Shown: one piece after another, positions 23,601 through 35,072 of the stretch
Layout of the letters: every line of letters begins with the position of its first letter
Position numbering within the stretch: the stretch's first letter is position 1
DNA from: Neophaeotheca triangularis
Taxonomy: Eukaryota
Length of the DNA stretch: 64,000 bases
NCBI GenBank assembly: GCA_054600435.1
Contig: BAAIJX010000020.1
Coordinates: forward strand, 124,001-188,000
Direction: 5' to 3'
Program-made: the position numbers and the translations under genes
The notes under the pieces: generated by a model
What the model was told of the DNA's origin: nothing
Database searches by the model: none
What the model saw: the letters and a program-made list of their open reading frames with translations, nothing else

Positions 23601-26600
23601 TGACCTGCAGACAGTCCAGCCAGCAGACGTGCGTGTTCTAAATCTCGAGCGCTTTGTGATTCATCTTTAGCCTGTAGTCCAGCTATAAAGTGCCTGTCAG
23701 GAGAAGCCATTGGTGCCGCGGCAAGATTCGCAAGAGGTTGTGCGCCTTTGCCCTTTCTGGCTCCCTTATCGCCAACCTTACGAGCTCGTTTTGGTTGCTT
23801 CTCACCATTAGCTTCTCCCGTAGCTTCCGATTTTGGCGCGGCGCCAGGCTTTTTGGCTGGTGAGGGTCCAGCTAGAGCAGCCTTCGCGTCAGCCTCACGT
23901 TCGCCAAAAGTTGTTGGCGCAGCTGCGCGTTTTGGTCGTCCGCTATCGGAGACCGCGGGAGCCACTTCCTCCGGAATTCTACCCTGGAGATCGGCCATGG
24001 CTGCTGAGCCTTTGCCTCCACGAACTATTTGACCTTTGCCTCGAGCGCGACCTCCCCTGGCCCTGTATTTCTTTGTCTTGTCGCGGAAGCGTCCATCCCA
24101 CTTCGTGGCGTAGTAATGATGGATGCAGTCCTTGTACGTGCGGCCTGGTAGGAGCGAGGCGATTTCGCCCCATTTCTTCGGCGTCTCCTTGTAGGCTGCG
24201 ACAAACGTGGCCTGCTCTTGGAGCGTGAAGTCGTCAACAGGAGGCTTAAACGCGAAGACTGAGGTAAGCTTGTCTGGATCGCGCCGTCTATTCTCCTCGG
24301 TCTTGACGTTAACCTTCATATCGGCTTCCGTCCATTGGTTAGGCACAATCGCCTCCTTGTCCATGTCTGCCTGATTCTTCCTAGCATCAAGCTCCTGCTT
24401 TTCGCGCTCCATGCGAGCAGTCTCTTCCGACTCTTTCATCACTTTAGCAAGGTCATACTCGCTGGCAAACTTCATGAGTCCCCTGCGACCCCCTGGCTGT
24501 GGGTTGACGGGCGGACCCATTTGGGGCTCGGGTTCTGGCAGAGCCTCAGGGGTTTGGTCGCGATCGAGCCTACCCTGTTCCTCTCGAAGTGCATCAAGCT
24601 CGTCGCATTGTTGCCGCCATAAGTGCATCGCCTGCTCAAACGCATTCTCCGCATCGTTTTGGAGCCGATCTTGCGTCTCGTACGCCTCTTGGAGGGCATT
24701 GAAAATGTCATCCTCCATGTCCTCGGCTTCGGGCTCGGCAACGAACAGCTGTTCGTCTTCGGTTGGGGACCCTCTCTTGAGTAAGAAAGGCAAGCGCACC
24801 ACTTCGGGCTGCGGCCTTCGGGTGATGGCCCCGGCAGGTGCCACGTCTTCTTCCATTACAACGTCGACCGTAGCATGATCTTCACCCTTTGGTGTCAGCA
24901 AGTCTGGCCCGTCGTCACTCCCCGATGATTGCGGCGCAGGTGGCATGAGGCGGCCCTCGTCAGATTTTTGTTCACCCAGATCCATCTTGCTGTCTAGGTG
25001 CTCGTGCGATCTTTCCCAATCTAGGGCACTAATGCGCGCAACTCTTGCGACAGCTTCAAGCGGCGTCGTAGCTCTCAGCATGCTCGAACCGAGTTCGACC
25101 ATTTGAGCCTCGAGTTCCCGCTTTTGTCGCTCGTACTTGGCTTCAAAAAGCGTGAGATCCTCAACATCGAGTTCTTCGTCGCTACTCGAAATGGCGTCTT
25201 CGGGTGCATCCATCATGCTTTCGTCCTCATCCTCGTCTTCTTCACCGATCGGCTTGCCGAAGAAGGATTGCTGGGCAGAGTGACCTTGCTGCGAAAGCGA
25301 TCTCGTGTGCGAGGCCTCCCCCGACTCTCTACCTGTCGTGGAGGTAGACAAAACACTGGATACGGCTTTGCTTGCATCTGTTGTCGTCTCGGCTTTGACC
25401 GCAGGCGAAGCCAAAGGCTGCGGTGTAACAGACGTCGAAGGACCATTTGCAATGTGCTTCTCTTTCTCCATGCCCGCGTAATCTCGCTTCGCCGGAACAA
25501 CTCTGTCTGGCGGGAAAGGCGGTGGCTGTCTTTGCCCACGCCACGAATGAAATTGCGAAGTAGCTCGAGGCGCCGTAGGTGGCGGGGCGAAACCTGGCGG
25601 CGCACCGTTTCTATCAGGAGGTCGCGAGATTGGACCCGGGCCAGGACGGTCCTGGCCCCTAGGCGCGAGCGGCGGCACTCGACTCCCTTTAGGTGCTGTG
25701 GGTACATGTAAGCTTGCAGTCTTCGGAGAAACGCTCCAAGAGCTATTCCGTGGGCCGGATGGTGCAGATGGCGGCGGTGTGTGGGCTCGCGACACACCTT
25801 GATTAGGCTGGACTTGGGGAGAAGGACCGTCCGGCGGTCTCGGGGACGCCGCAGGGTTTGCCGGAGATGGCCGCGCTGCTCTAGGACCGGTCGGGGCCGT
25901 AAAGTCGGAGAAGCGTTGCGACTGCTGTAAGTGCTGCGGCTGCTGCGTGTTTGGGGATAATGGGCTGTTCAAATTAGGGAGAGTAGGACGCCCAAAAGCT
26001 GGAGATTGCGCCGCCGATCCTGGTAGTGAAGTCCTCAAATCGGGTTGTCTTCCGTCAGACGTGGTGTTGCCGGCGGACCTTGGTGGGTTCATGCTTTCCC
26101 AAGGCCTTGCACCTTGGAGACGACCACCAGCTGCATTCTGTGGTTGTTCAGGCTCCAGAGCACGAGGGGCTTTAGGAGCAGCCAGGGGCGCACCCGCGCG
26201 ATGCGCTTTTGGCGCAGGAGGAGGCGCTCTCGAGGCTGCTGTCTCGGCTGTTTTGTCCGCGGTATTCTCACGTGAGACTTTCGAAGGCTCGTTGGACGAT
26301 TGGCCTGACAGAGAGGCGGGCCGGTCCTGAGGAGCCTTCCAGACATTTGATGCAGGGCCAGGCCCGGGGCCTTGAGTCGAGGGCTGTGCAAAGGACAGCC
26401 TGAATTCTGGTACCGCCGGTGCAGCCTGCGTTGGCGGCGGTGAATTTCTCGGACCATAGCGGTTGTTGAAGACTTCTGCACGACCGTTGAGGTGCGAAGG
26501 CATAGCGGGTTGTTCCCTCCGCGCCTCACGCCCTCCTGCGCTGCTCTGTACAGAAGGTCGTCTTTGGCTTCCGAAGTCTACGCCGGCACTTTCTAGCATA

Positions 26601-27553
26601 GCTAACCGGTCAGGATTGACGTGAGCGACGGTTGAAGAAGCAGTGCCGGGTGGGTTCCCTGCCTGGGCATCACTCTGCTGCCTCTGCTCAGGTCGAGGAG
26701 GCGGCTGCTCTCTCCGCGGTCGATCAGATTCCCGTTCCCGATCGGCCCACTCTGAACCTCTCCTGTCATCCTCCCCTCGTTCAAATCGACGGTCGTCCCT
26801 ACGATCTTGCTCCCGAACTTCGCGAGGGGGATCGCGAGGGGGATCGCGCGGAGGATCGCGTGGGGGATCGCGTGGGGGCTCGCGTGGGGGCTCGCGTGGG
26901 GGCTCGCGTGGCCATCGGCCTGGAGATCGCTCCCGGCGAAAGAGGTCCCTGTCGTCCAGTGCCATGCGATCGCCACGGCCGCCTCGAAAGCCAAAATCGC
27001 CTCTTCCTCTACCTCTGCCTCTACCAAAGCCACCTCGATGTTGTGCAGAGCCCGGAAGAGGGCCGTCCAGGTAGGTAGGAGTCACAGGAACTGGACCGTC
27101 TCTAGAACCACGCCGCGCCCTTCCAATGTCTCCATCCCGTGGAGGCAAGTCGCGTACATCGCGACCATATCTTGATAGCGCGGGTGACCTTTCACGTGGA
27201 GATGGAGGTCGTTCGCGGCGATCTAGGCTATCACGTTCTCTGTAAGGCCTGCCTCGGTCATTGGACAGTGGCGCAGCATCTCGAAGCTCGCGTACCTCAG
27301 CGCGTGGCGGGAAGGCACTTCGGGTTGCAGATCCTGGCGGAGGATTGTTGCCTGGCAGTGGTCTACTGTCAAATTGTGACCGAGGGCCTCTCGGTGCATC
27401 AGATCCACTGCGGAATGTGTCTGGAGTTCTGTCGTTGAAAACACCCGCGGCAGAAGGCCTCCGATAATCAGGCATTGGTCGCGGCGGCGAGCGCGAGCGT
27501 CGTTCGCCAAGCTCCCGCGGCCTGCGAAAGTCATTGTGCGCATATCTGGACAT
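20681..27553 (-). CDS. SNT1: Snt1 / N-CoR-like two-SANT-domain scaffold of the Set3 histone deacetylase complex
   Basis: 2290-aa single ORF; SANT1 FTLQEQ..F..PKKWGEIA..RTYKDCIHHYYATKW; SANT2 SYWSVPEQ..FGTDFAAIAAHMGTKTQTMIKN; long low-complexity flanks. Confidence 0.85.
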   Translation of the reverse strand: MSRYAHNDFRRPRELGERRSRSPPRPMPDYRRPSAAGVFNDRTPDTFRSGSDAPRGPRSQFDSRPLPGNNPPPGSATRSAFPPRAEVRELRDAAPLSNDRGRPYRERDSLDRRERPPSPRERSPALSRYGRDVRDLPPRDGDIGRARRGSRDGPVPVTPTYLDGPLPGSAQHRGGFGRGRGRGRGDFGFRGGRGDRMALDDRDLFRRERSPGRWPREPPREPPREPPRDPPRDPPRDPPRDPPREVREQDRRDDRRFERGEDDRRGSEWADRERESDRPRREQPPPRPEQRQQSDAQAGNPPGTASSTVAHVNPDRLAMLESAGVDFGSQRRPSVQSSAGGREARREQPAMPSHLNGRAEVFNNRYGPRNSPPPTQAAPAVPEFRLSFAQPSTQGPGPGPASNVWKAPQDRPASLSGQSSNEPSKVSRENTADKTAETAASRAPPPAPKAHRAGAPLAAPKAPRALEPEQPQNAAGGRLQGARPWESMNPPRSAGNTTSDGRQPDLRTSLPGSAAQSPAFGRPTLPNLNSPLSPNTQQPQHLQQSQRFSDFTAPTGPRAARPSPANPAASPRPPDGPSPQVQPNQGVSRAHTPPPSAPSGPRNSSWSVSPKTASLHVPTAPKGSRVPPLAPRGQDRPGPGPISRPPDRNGAPPGFAPPPTAPRATSQFHSWRGQRQPPPFPPDRVVPAKRDYAGMEKEKHIANGPSTSVTPQPLASPAVKAETTTDASKAVSSVLSTSTTGRESGEASHTRSLSQQGHSAQQSFFGKPIGEEDEDEDESMMDAPEDAISSSDEELDVEDLTLFEAKYERQKRELEAQMVELGSSMLRATTPLEAVARVARISALDWERSHEHLDSKMDLGEQKSDEGRLMPPAPQSSGSDDGPDLLTPKGEDHATVDVVMEEDVAPAGAITRRPQPEVVRLPFLLKRGSPTEDEQLFVAEPEAEDMEDDIFNALQEAYETQDRLQNDAENAFEQAMHLWRQQCDELDALREEQGRLDRDQTPEALPEPEPQMGPPVNPQPGGRRGLMKFASEYDLAKVMKESEETARMEREKQELDARKNQADMDKEAIVPNQWTEADMKVNVKTEENRRRDPDKLTSVFAFKPPVDDFTLQEQATFVAAYKETPKKWGEIASLLPGRTYKDCIHHYYATKWDGRFRDKTKKYRARGGRARGKGQIVRGGKGSAAMADLQGRIPEEVAPAVSDSGRPKRAAAPTTFGEREADAKAALAGPSPAKKPGAAPKSEATGEANGEKQPKRARKVGDKGARKGKGAQPLANLAAAPMASPDRHFIAGLQAKDESQSARDLEHARLLAGLSAGQQGMFVPEGQQIVFQEATPQQAAPPEEPERVKPQGPSAPSRPSASSYWSVPEQSDFVKYIGHFGTDFAAIAAHMGTKTQTMIKNHFQRQVEGGTRAALQEAAETANAKRARGENMGAPPTPTPIVKRKYDNPTQNAPRTLAPQADVMDMDEPAPQSRRQQPAHPAQASPPNQIQGQSRFTASAQSTPVPAQRVAPSPAPTSAATVTSRTPLNTMSRGVSRSSVLADSRPEARPALTSSAPSFTRGSPQAHNVVQQQQPPRSTPDGTDPGFISSLREEQEKAMRIQNGQLNMEQGQQRQFQRPSVYPPGSLQQPPTSQPPPTQPERRQMTEERARSPPRHSVSGLPTGIMSQQRAPYEPPGGMRPVGASPWSGQGSRLAFNQSPTKKEEPRLSEPRPSSVPAVPPMQPPRPSAPPEPPKRSNLSALLNDEPEQPKQQQPPPQQPPPQQPKRISSDQGVPPFAPSQRTQSPANAHIGQSPMPTPGAMHNRQEMMFGRSAASQSSFARPALGNFSQSIASQNPAVKQEPPSHGSPLPQSQPQQQPPNRDWAASALSQSSRDGAAKAAAAERDMRGFSQHRAGTLGKLNEPLRANPSPPPYGNVLSHSRTSSHTGQVGSQLGRDAREMRDPRDGRDPREIRDMRDIRDVREMRDPRDGREFRDVRDMREARDPRELREPLSALPGQMQQQQPQSGPPGSAALHSNPYARVNPPFSQAPAQQPSHAHHAHATSMGGFPAMQPHSRQPSREEVMRHDIARQQQDLTYAAQRKREEDFDAYRRDREIEQRNWDVYNANQRHPLERQYEQERVNERQRQEQQMQQQQHQQQQQQHQAQAQAQANAQAAQHQQQQHHQQQQQQQFARAPQIPGSQPPQQAMQPVPAHYGGRPFESLRERARREAEEAAAAQHERYAEEERRYRDPERLRHESGMGMFRPADGQNREMGRRQMEEEAMARRTPLGRGYGGPPPPPPGQGGGMR
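26819..26911 (-). repeat. Coding 12-bp tandem repeat (PPRE/PPRD, about 8 units) in SNT1
   Basis: Plus strand repeats such as TCGCGTGGGGGC / TCGCGAGGGGGA. Confidence 0.9.
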
Positions 27554-29932
27554 GGTGGTAATGCTATAACGTTCCTTTCATAGATGTTAAGGGCGTGTTT
27601 TTTTCCCGAAGTTTTGGTGCCAGCGATAGCCTGATAGGCTGGATACCTAGGTCGTCGACTAATAGCGAAACGCTGACACAAGTTCCACCAAATCAATCGT
27701 CGACTGATGGCTTCCTGCGATGGCAGATCTCGAGGTGATGGGCGCCAGGCGTCCCTCAAGAGCCTGTGAGGGCGGTCAATGTCAAGTGAAGAAACACACG
27801 GAAGGAGAAGCGAAGTCCCAAGTACCTAAGCGGGATCGGCCGCTAGCGTGGGAACGCTAGCGCGCAGTGTGGGGTATGTAGCTAGATCCGTGGCCCGAAT
27901 TCAAAAGCCTTCACGTGATGCTTTTTGCTATGGCTTTGCGGGTTCCGCAAGGCAACAAGACAATGTGTCGAGACTGCGCAAGAGCAGAGAGTGGTGGCTG
28001 GCGGCTCAAGTCTTCGTTGTAGCGCTCTGCCAGGTCCTCGACTTGGCTCGGGGAGGTCGTGGCGGTAAAGAGGCGGCAAGAAAGGCGTGCAGTCCCTGGT
28101 TCCTGTCGAAGACCACCAACCCGTAGCGCCTCGTGGTCAATTGACGAGCTCGAGCGGCGTGAGAAAAGGAAACACGCCGCGCAAGATGAGCCCGGGCTTG
28201 GCGTGCAAAAGACAGGTGGCGGTGTTTCTGTTGTAGATGGTATGGGATTTACGGAGTCTTGCTTGAGGAGGCAGAGGCTCAGAGCGTCCCGTCTCCAGAC
28301 TCCCGTCTGGCAGCGAGCACGACTAAGCAACGTGAACCGTTCGCCTGCAGAAGAAGCCCGGCTGCAGGCAGGGGGGGTGTCACAACATGTGTCCAATCAC
28401 GCTCGATGCCGCCTCAACTACCTAACCTGTACCTAACAAGTAGCTATAAGCCACCTGGAACCTGCATGCACAGAATATTAATCGTCGGCCGCTTCTCCCT
28501 TGTTGTAACGTAAGGTAGTACTGGGTACCTAGTCTCTCTCCGACCGCCCCAATTGGTGTCTATCTCTTGAGATGCTTCATCAACGGCACTACTGAGCATA
28601 ATGAGGACATTCTTTGCCTTAGCTCATTATACTACTATAATTGGCTGTCTGCCACGCGACCATGCTACCTATCGCCGGTGCGTGACTGGTCACTTGCCGG
28701 AGCCCTAGTCGTGTTCCATCGGTACAAAATCTAGTTGTTTATCCGGCCAGCCACAAAACACCAAATCTGACTTTGTCAGGCGCCAGCGAAGCGGACGGGA
28801 GTCGACTGCATGAAAAGCATGTCGTAATCGTGCTTCTAACGCCTCCTTACCTTCTTACCTTACCTTACCAGGTACCTTAGCTTCCATCTCTAGGGTCCAC
28901 TAAGCTGAACTTCGAGGACTGGAATCATGAAATGGAAGCTGCTAACAGTTCTGAAACCTACAAATCCACACCTGTGCATTTGTTAGAAGTCGCATATCAC
29001 ATTGATCTCTTCTCGGGACATGATCGGTCGGAGATGTAGTATCGCGGAAAATAGGCAAGTCACTACTAGTACCTCCTATGAATAATGCAGCATGCAATAA
29101 TATGCACATCATCTCGCCCGAGCTGCCCAGACAACTCCGCGTTACGCTTTTTTCGAGGCTAAAAGTCAAGATTATTATTATTGCGATACGTACCTAGGCT
29201 TCACGAGCCGAGTCTCTCTGTCAAGCTGTCAACAACGCCTCATCTGCAGCCTAGAAGCAGACGCACAAGGATATAGCGGCACACGACTTACACTTGTCTG
29301 CAGTGTTCTTCACCACTTTGCTCTGAATGCGTGCGTACTTGTATCTTGGTGAATATCGATCAATCGCTGCCTTAAATAGAGAAGCGTCGGGTGTCGAAAA
29401 TGACAGCCAATGAAACCCTCTTCCGTCGCGTCTATAACAAGCGAGCCAGACCTCGCGGATGCAGGGCAGTTTCTTCAAATGCTGAGTCATGCGAGTTTTT
29501 CGGTCAGCGGGCACAATGGAGGACCTTGGAAAGTCAACAAGATGCCTATGAAAATACATCACTCCTCACTCAGCGCATTGGAAGGGACTTGGATCGATAC
29601 TTGCCACAAGAAACACTGTAGACCAATCTGATCAGATCCGACAACGTAATCTAGCGCAATTAAAAGTCTGCGCAACATCATATAACAAAGCGTTGTCTGC
29701 CGCCGGGCGTAAATTGTGCGTTCGGGAGGCTTATATCTCTTTGCCTATATAATAGTTGTAGGTCTGTTCCAGCTACAAGTAAGTTGCTAATAATGCTGTT
29801 CACTCCACCCTCTCATCACTTGGTCATACAGTCATATCTTCAGTCGGTCGTCCGTGGAGATCCCAGCTAACCACAAGTCTCAGCCTTTGAGAAGAAACGT
29901 TGATCCCTCGCCGCTGCTTGTTTCGAGCCATC

Positions 29933-30985
29933 ATGGAACCCACTCCCAACGGCGCGACTGAGGCTGTTCTCAAGCCCTCAGACCCAGTGCCAGATGGAGC
30001 CATACCTGTCAAAGGGCTTGACCCAAGCAATTTCGAAGATTCTCCCATCACAGTCGCCCAGCTCGTCGAGAACATGAGCAACATGGGGTTCCAAGCGACC
30101 AGTATCGGCCAAGCAGCTCAGATCGTCGACCAAATGCGCAGCTACCGCGACCCTGAAACCGGCGATAAGACTACCATCTTTCTGGGCTACACCTCCAACC
30201 TTATCTCGTCCGGTCTACGCGAAACCATCCGCTGGCTGGTGCAGCATAAGCACGTCTCGGCCATCGTAGCAACGGGCGGCGGCATCGAAGAAGATTTTAT
30301 TAAATGTCTAGCACCCACCTATCTGGGCTCCTTCACGACTTCCGGCGCATCTCTGCGCTCTCAAGGCATGAACCGCATCGGCAATCTCGTCGTGCCCAAC
30401 GACAACTACTGCGCCTTCGAAGACTGGGTCATGCCAATCTTCGACCGCATGCTCGAAGAGCAGGAAGCGAGCAAGAGCAACCCCGACCCCGAAGAACACC
30501 TGCACTGGACGCCTAGCAAGATCATCCAGCGCTTGGGGAGAGAGATCAACGACGAGCGCTCCGTGTACTACTGGGCCTGGAAGAACGACATCCCCGTCTT
30601 CTGTCCGGCAATCACCGACGGCAGCCTGGGCGATATGTTATTCTTCCACCGTTTCAAGTCGTCGCCCAAAGCCCTGCGGATAGACGTGCTAGAGGATCTG
30701 CGCATCAACACCATCGCCATTCGAGCCAAGCGAGCGGGTATCATCATCCTGGGAGGGGGAATTGTCAAGCACCATATTGCGAATGCCTGTTTGATGCGAA
30801 ATGGCGCCGAGTACGCGGTATATATAAACACGGCACAGGAGTTTGATGGCTCGGATGCAGGGGCTAGACCAGACGAGGCGGTGAGCTGGGGGAAGATCAA
30901 GGCGGATGCGCCGAGTGTGAAGGTCTATGCTGAGGCTACGGTTGCGTTTCCGCTGATTGTCGCCGCGACTTTTATGAAGAATTAG
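29933..30985 (+). CDS. DYS1: Deoxyhypusine synthase
   Basis: [59 protein letters not shown]. Confidence 0.96.
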   Translation: MEPTPNGATEAVLKPSDPVPDGAIPVKGLDPSNFEDSPITVAQLVENMSNMGFQATSIGQAAQIVDQMRSYRDPETGDKTTIFLGYTSNLISSGLRETIRWLVQHKHVSAIVATGGGIEEDFIKCLAPTYLGSFTTSGASLRSQGMNRIGNLVVPNDNYCAFEDWVMPIFDRMLEEQEASKSNPDPEEHLHWTPSKIIQRLGREINDERSVYYWAWKNDIPVFCPAITDGSLGDMLFFHRFKSSPKALRIDVLEDLRINTIAIRAKRAGIIILGGGIVKHHIANACLMRNGAEYAVYINTAQEFDGSDAGARPDEAVSWGKIKADAPSVKVYAEATVAFPLIVAATFMKN

Positions 30986-31478
30986 GAGATGCATCCGCTT
31001 CACGACAACGCAGTCTATGATAGAAGCCGGAAGGTTCCTCAGCAACGATCTCACTCCCAGGACTGTCTCCTCGGCACTACAAGTGGCCGAGAAAGCGGTA
31101 CCTTGACATGTTCACATTCTCATTGTTGAGCCACAAATCCTCGCGTCTGAACGCTTGTAAGTCAGTTGAGCAGTTCCCGGAACTTTCTGGCTTTTCCTAC
31201 TGTAGTACTGAGCGATGCATTGAACGTCCGGTATTCCTCTTTCAATCCCATTGTGTTGGCCACGATTGGCCTCCTCCCGCATGTACTAGTATGGCTAGCG
31301 CAGCTTAATCGTACAGTGCTCAAACGGCGCTAAGATAAGAGCTTTATCAGTTCGCGTAGAGTTGCAGCCTGACACAAACAACGCATGTGAAAGTCGACAC
31401 CCTCACCTTTACCTCTTACCTACCTTGCTTACTTCCCTTCAACAACGACCTCTCACCTCCTGTCTGACAACATTCAAC

Positions 31479-34400
31479 ATGGAAGCAGGGGAGGGATTGC
31501 AGGGTTTGCCTGAGATTGCACGCCTCCACGCCCAGTTCGGAAACCTCATTCAAGGTGGGAAAGATACAGGCTTTACATTTGCTACCCAAACGCGTTCTGT
31601 TGCTAATTCTTTTTGTATTGCCTAGGCCATGCTCATGATGTAGCGCCTGTGGGCGTACCAATGCCCAACATACAGCAAGAGCATGACGAAGACGATCACG
31701 AGCACGAACACGATAGCGAAGACGAGGATGAATACGAGGATGAGGCCATGACCGACGCTTGGCGGCCCATCACAGAAGACACTTCCGAGCCTCACCAAGA
31801 CGAGATCGAGTATGCTGCCCTCAAGGGTGAACACAGCGCTGAAGAGATTGAATACTGGGCGGGTATGACGTTTGAAGAGCTTGACGATCCGCAGCTTGTG
31901 CCTGGCGAAAGTGGACGCATCGACTGGCTGATTGAGGGCTTCAACGGCACGCAGGAGAATCCAAACACCGAGACTGTAATGAGATCTCCGATTGTGAACA
32001 TTGGCGGCTATGACTGGCAGATCAAGCTATACCCGAGAGGCTACAAGTGCAACTACCTGAGCGTCTACATTGAGAATGTGACCATGAAACAGTCAGACTG
32101 GCAGAGAGAGGAGGAGATCGAGAAACCGCCATTTCCTGTCTTGCCTGGTGCTTCGAGGCCTATGAAACGTCGCTCGGTTGCGGTACAGATTGGCGTGCTC
32201 ATGTTCAACCCGGACGAGCGTCGCACCAACCATTTCCAGCGAGATGCCCACCAATACCACAAGAGCCCCTCAGCGACGAGCTCTATCCGCGGGAGCACTG
32301 ACTACGGCTGGCCTCGTTTTACCGACGAGCGTCTCCACAGCTTCCACCTGCGCAAGCACGGAGAGCGCAAGGCTATCCTTCGAAACGACAAGCTCGCCTT
32401 CTCAGCCTACATCCGTATCGTGCAAGATCCGACTGGCTCCAGGTGGGATCATGTCGACAGGAGCTTCCAGACGACATTGTCCAAGACGGGTCTTTCGCTG
32501 CTTGCTGGACGCGGCAACCGTCTGACCGCCAGTCTCGCTGCCAGCATTCCATTGATGCACTACAGGGCTTTCCGAGACATTTTGTCTGATGTGGCCCGTA
32601 AGTGGCATGAAGCTCGCGATCTTCATCGCAAGATGTGCGCGCTAACATGGGACGTTTCAGATAAACCGGATGTTGTTGCGGTATTGGAAGAGTATTACCC
32701 GCTTCTCGCCCAGATGCTTCACAGGAATCCGCCTTCAGAAGGGCTAGGTCCCTTGCTTCTAGATGGTGACCAGGATGTTGTTGTATTCACTCGTCAGCTC
32801 TGTTTGAAGTTTCTCAGCACGTCACAGCATTGGGATGGCGTTGTCGATCTCACAGACAAGCTCCTCAAGGAGATCGGAGGCTGGGAACCTCGTGCCGCTG
32901 CAGTTGGCCGAAACAGACTGAGTACCTGTGAGTTTCCATCAATTCAACAAGCGGTCAGAGCCAAAGGCGCTCTCAATACAACTGCACTTCTTCCCCTCGA
33001 GCTGGAGCGTCGGACCTTTCTCAAGGACACTACGAGGAAGTGGCAGAAAAACATTGCCAGAGTCGACATCGAAGAGCGCATCATGGTGCAGTCTTACCAT
33101 ACAAGCGAGCGGACTGGCGACGTCCACACTGTGCCATACTACTTGTATGCCTTTGTCACGCATATCGGCAACGATCTTGCAGCAGAAGACTACGCCGTGT
33201 TTGTCCGTCCTCGTGGTCCTGACGGGATATGGTATTGCTACAAGGCTGGTAGTGTGGAAGCAATGACACACAAGCAGGCTGTGGGTGCCTACTGCGGTCG
33301 CAGTGTAGGGCAAGACGTTTCAGCAGGCGACGCCAGGCCCTCCGCTGTCCTCGGGCCAAGCACCACGAACAATCCTCCCAGCTATGAGGTTGCTTACCTC
33401 GTCTACTATGTACGCGAGGATGCTGCCGCGTACCAGTTCAACTCGCCTGTAGAGGAGCCCAACATGGTCAAATCTTCTCAGCGCGCGGAGGCGGAAGCGA
33501 GGCAGGCGGAGGAAGAAGAGAAGGGCATGTATGGGGCATCCGATCATTTGGACTACGGCCAGATCATAGTGCAGGTCTCCGAGGCCGAGATCTATCAAAT
33601 CTGGGGACCGCCGATGCACTACAAGCCCATTCTAGACGCCTGGATGGCCGTGGGTCCTCATGTCACTCGCTCTGAGGCGTTCCCTCAGCATCAAATTTGC
33701 AGAGTCAAGGGCTATCTTCGTAACGGCAAGCGCTCTCCTACCGCTCGTCATCCGTCGGGAAATCTCGTTGTCACAAAAAGCAATGATGACGAGATTGACG
33801 CCCTGTGGCTCGGGACAGACTTTACCGCGGTCGAGGAGATGTACGACTTAGCACCGGGGCCACTCGGCAACAACCTGACTCCGGCAGAAAAGGCAGAAGC
33901 CGAGAGAAAGCTCGCGCAGCATCACGATGGACTCTACCCAACGTGGCCCCCCGTGACCGACGGCGAGGCCGAGACCGTCTGCTGCGACTACTTTGGAGCG
34001 GAAAAGTACACGGGCAAACTACGCAACGGCAAATATCAAGGCATCGGCACCTTGGTCACCCTCAGCGGCGACCAATACACGGGCGAATTCGTCGACGGCC
34101 TCTACCACGGCAACGGCACAATGACCTACTCCAAGACCAACGACACCCACACGGGCCTCTGGGATTGCGGCCTCCGCCACGGCAGCGGCACCTACACTTG
34201 CCACGCCACCGGCGACGTCTGGAAAGCGAAATGGGAGACAGACAAGATGGCTGGCGATTTCGTCCACTACGGCAAGGTCTTGCACCAGGAGCCCGACAAG
34301 GATAAGACCAAGTGCCGCATCTGTTACGTCAAGGACACGGATACCGTGCTCGTTGCTTGCGGCCACACAAACCTTTGCGGCTCTTGCGCCGCGCGCATCG

Positions 34401-34483
34401 AGAAGTGTCACATTTGCGGCGCGCGGATTCCGGGCATGGGACGCGTACGGGTTTTTGGCGCCAGGATTAGTAATGAAGATTGA
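31479..34483 (+). CDS. MATH + degenerate USP/UCH + MORN repeats + C3HC4 RING protein; exons 31479-31554, 31626-34483
   Basis: MATH (IGGYDWQIKLYPRG, LSVYI, DYGW), USP-like YYLYAFVTHIG and AYLVYYVR, MORN (YTGEFVDGLYHGNGTMTY), RING CRIC..CGH..CGSC..CHIC. Confidence 0.85.
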
Positions 34484-35072
34484 AGCGGGTGAGGCGTGTT
34501 GCGTCGAATCGACATTGAGAGCAGACATCGAGCGAGGTGTTTCAGGGGTTTGCCTACGAAGCAGATCGGAGCATGGGGAGCATTTTGGCGTTTGTTCTTT
34601 TCTTTCTCTTCTCCCTTCTTCTCTTCTTCATGCCATGGCGGTTTTCAAGACGAATGAGCCAAGGGTCTTATTACGAGCGGGAGATACCCACACGGCGAAC
34701 CACAGCGTGGGAGACAGCAGGGGCATGGATGGCGTTTCTACCTCATTGACACGATACGACGAAGGGTGACCAAACACACACGATGGGACGCAGCGACGGT
34801 GCTCGGTGCGCGGGGCGTTTTTTCGTCTATGCTGTATAGATGGAAAGGGACCGCCTAGCGTACGTAGATAGCCGTGCAGTAACAAATTTGGTCCCTCTGC
34901 TTCGACAGCTTCAAATATACAGCTCTCGGGCTAGATTGAAGACTTAATGAAGCCGGCAATCTAAGCGATCCAGCGCGCCAACACCCAAAGTGTCCAGACC
35001 ACGAGACGGGGCAAAATCCATACTCATACAACCCCTCTACCCCCTCAATCTCCCCATCCCCTCACACCCTCT

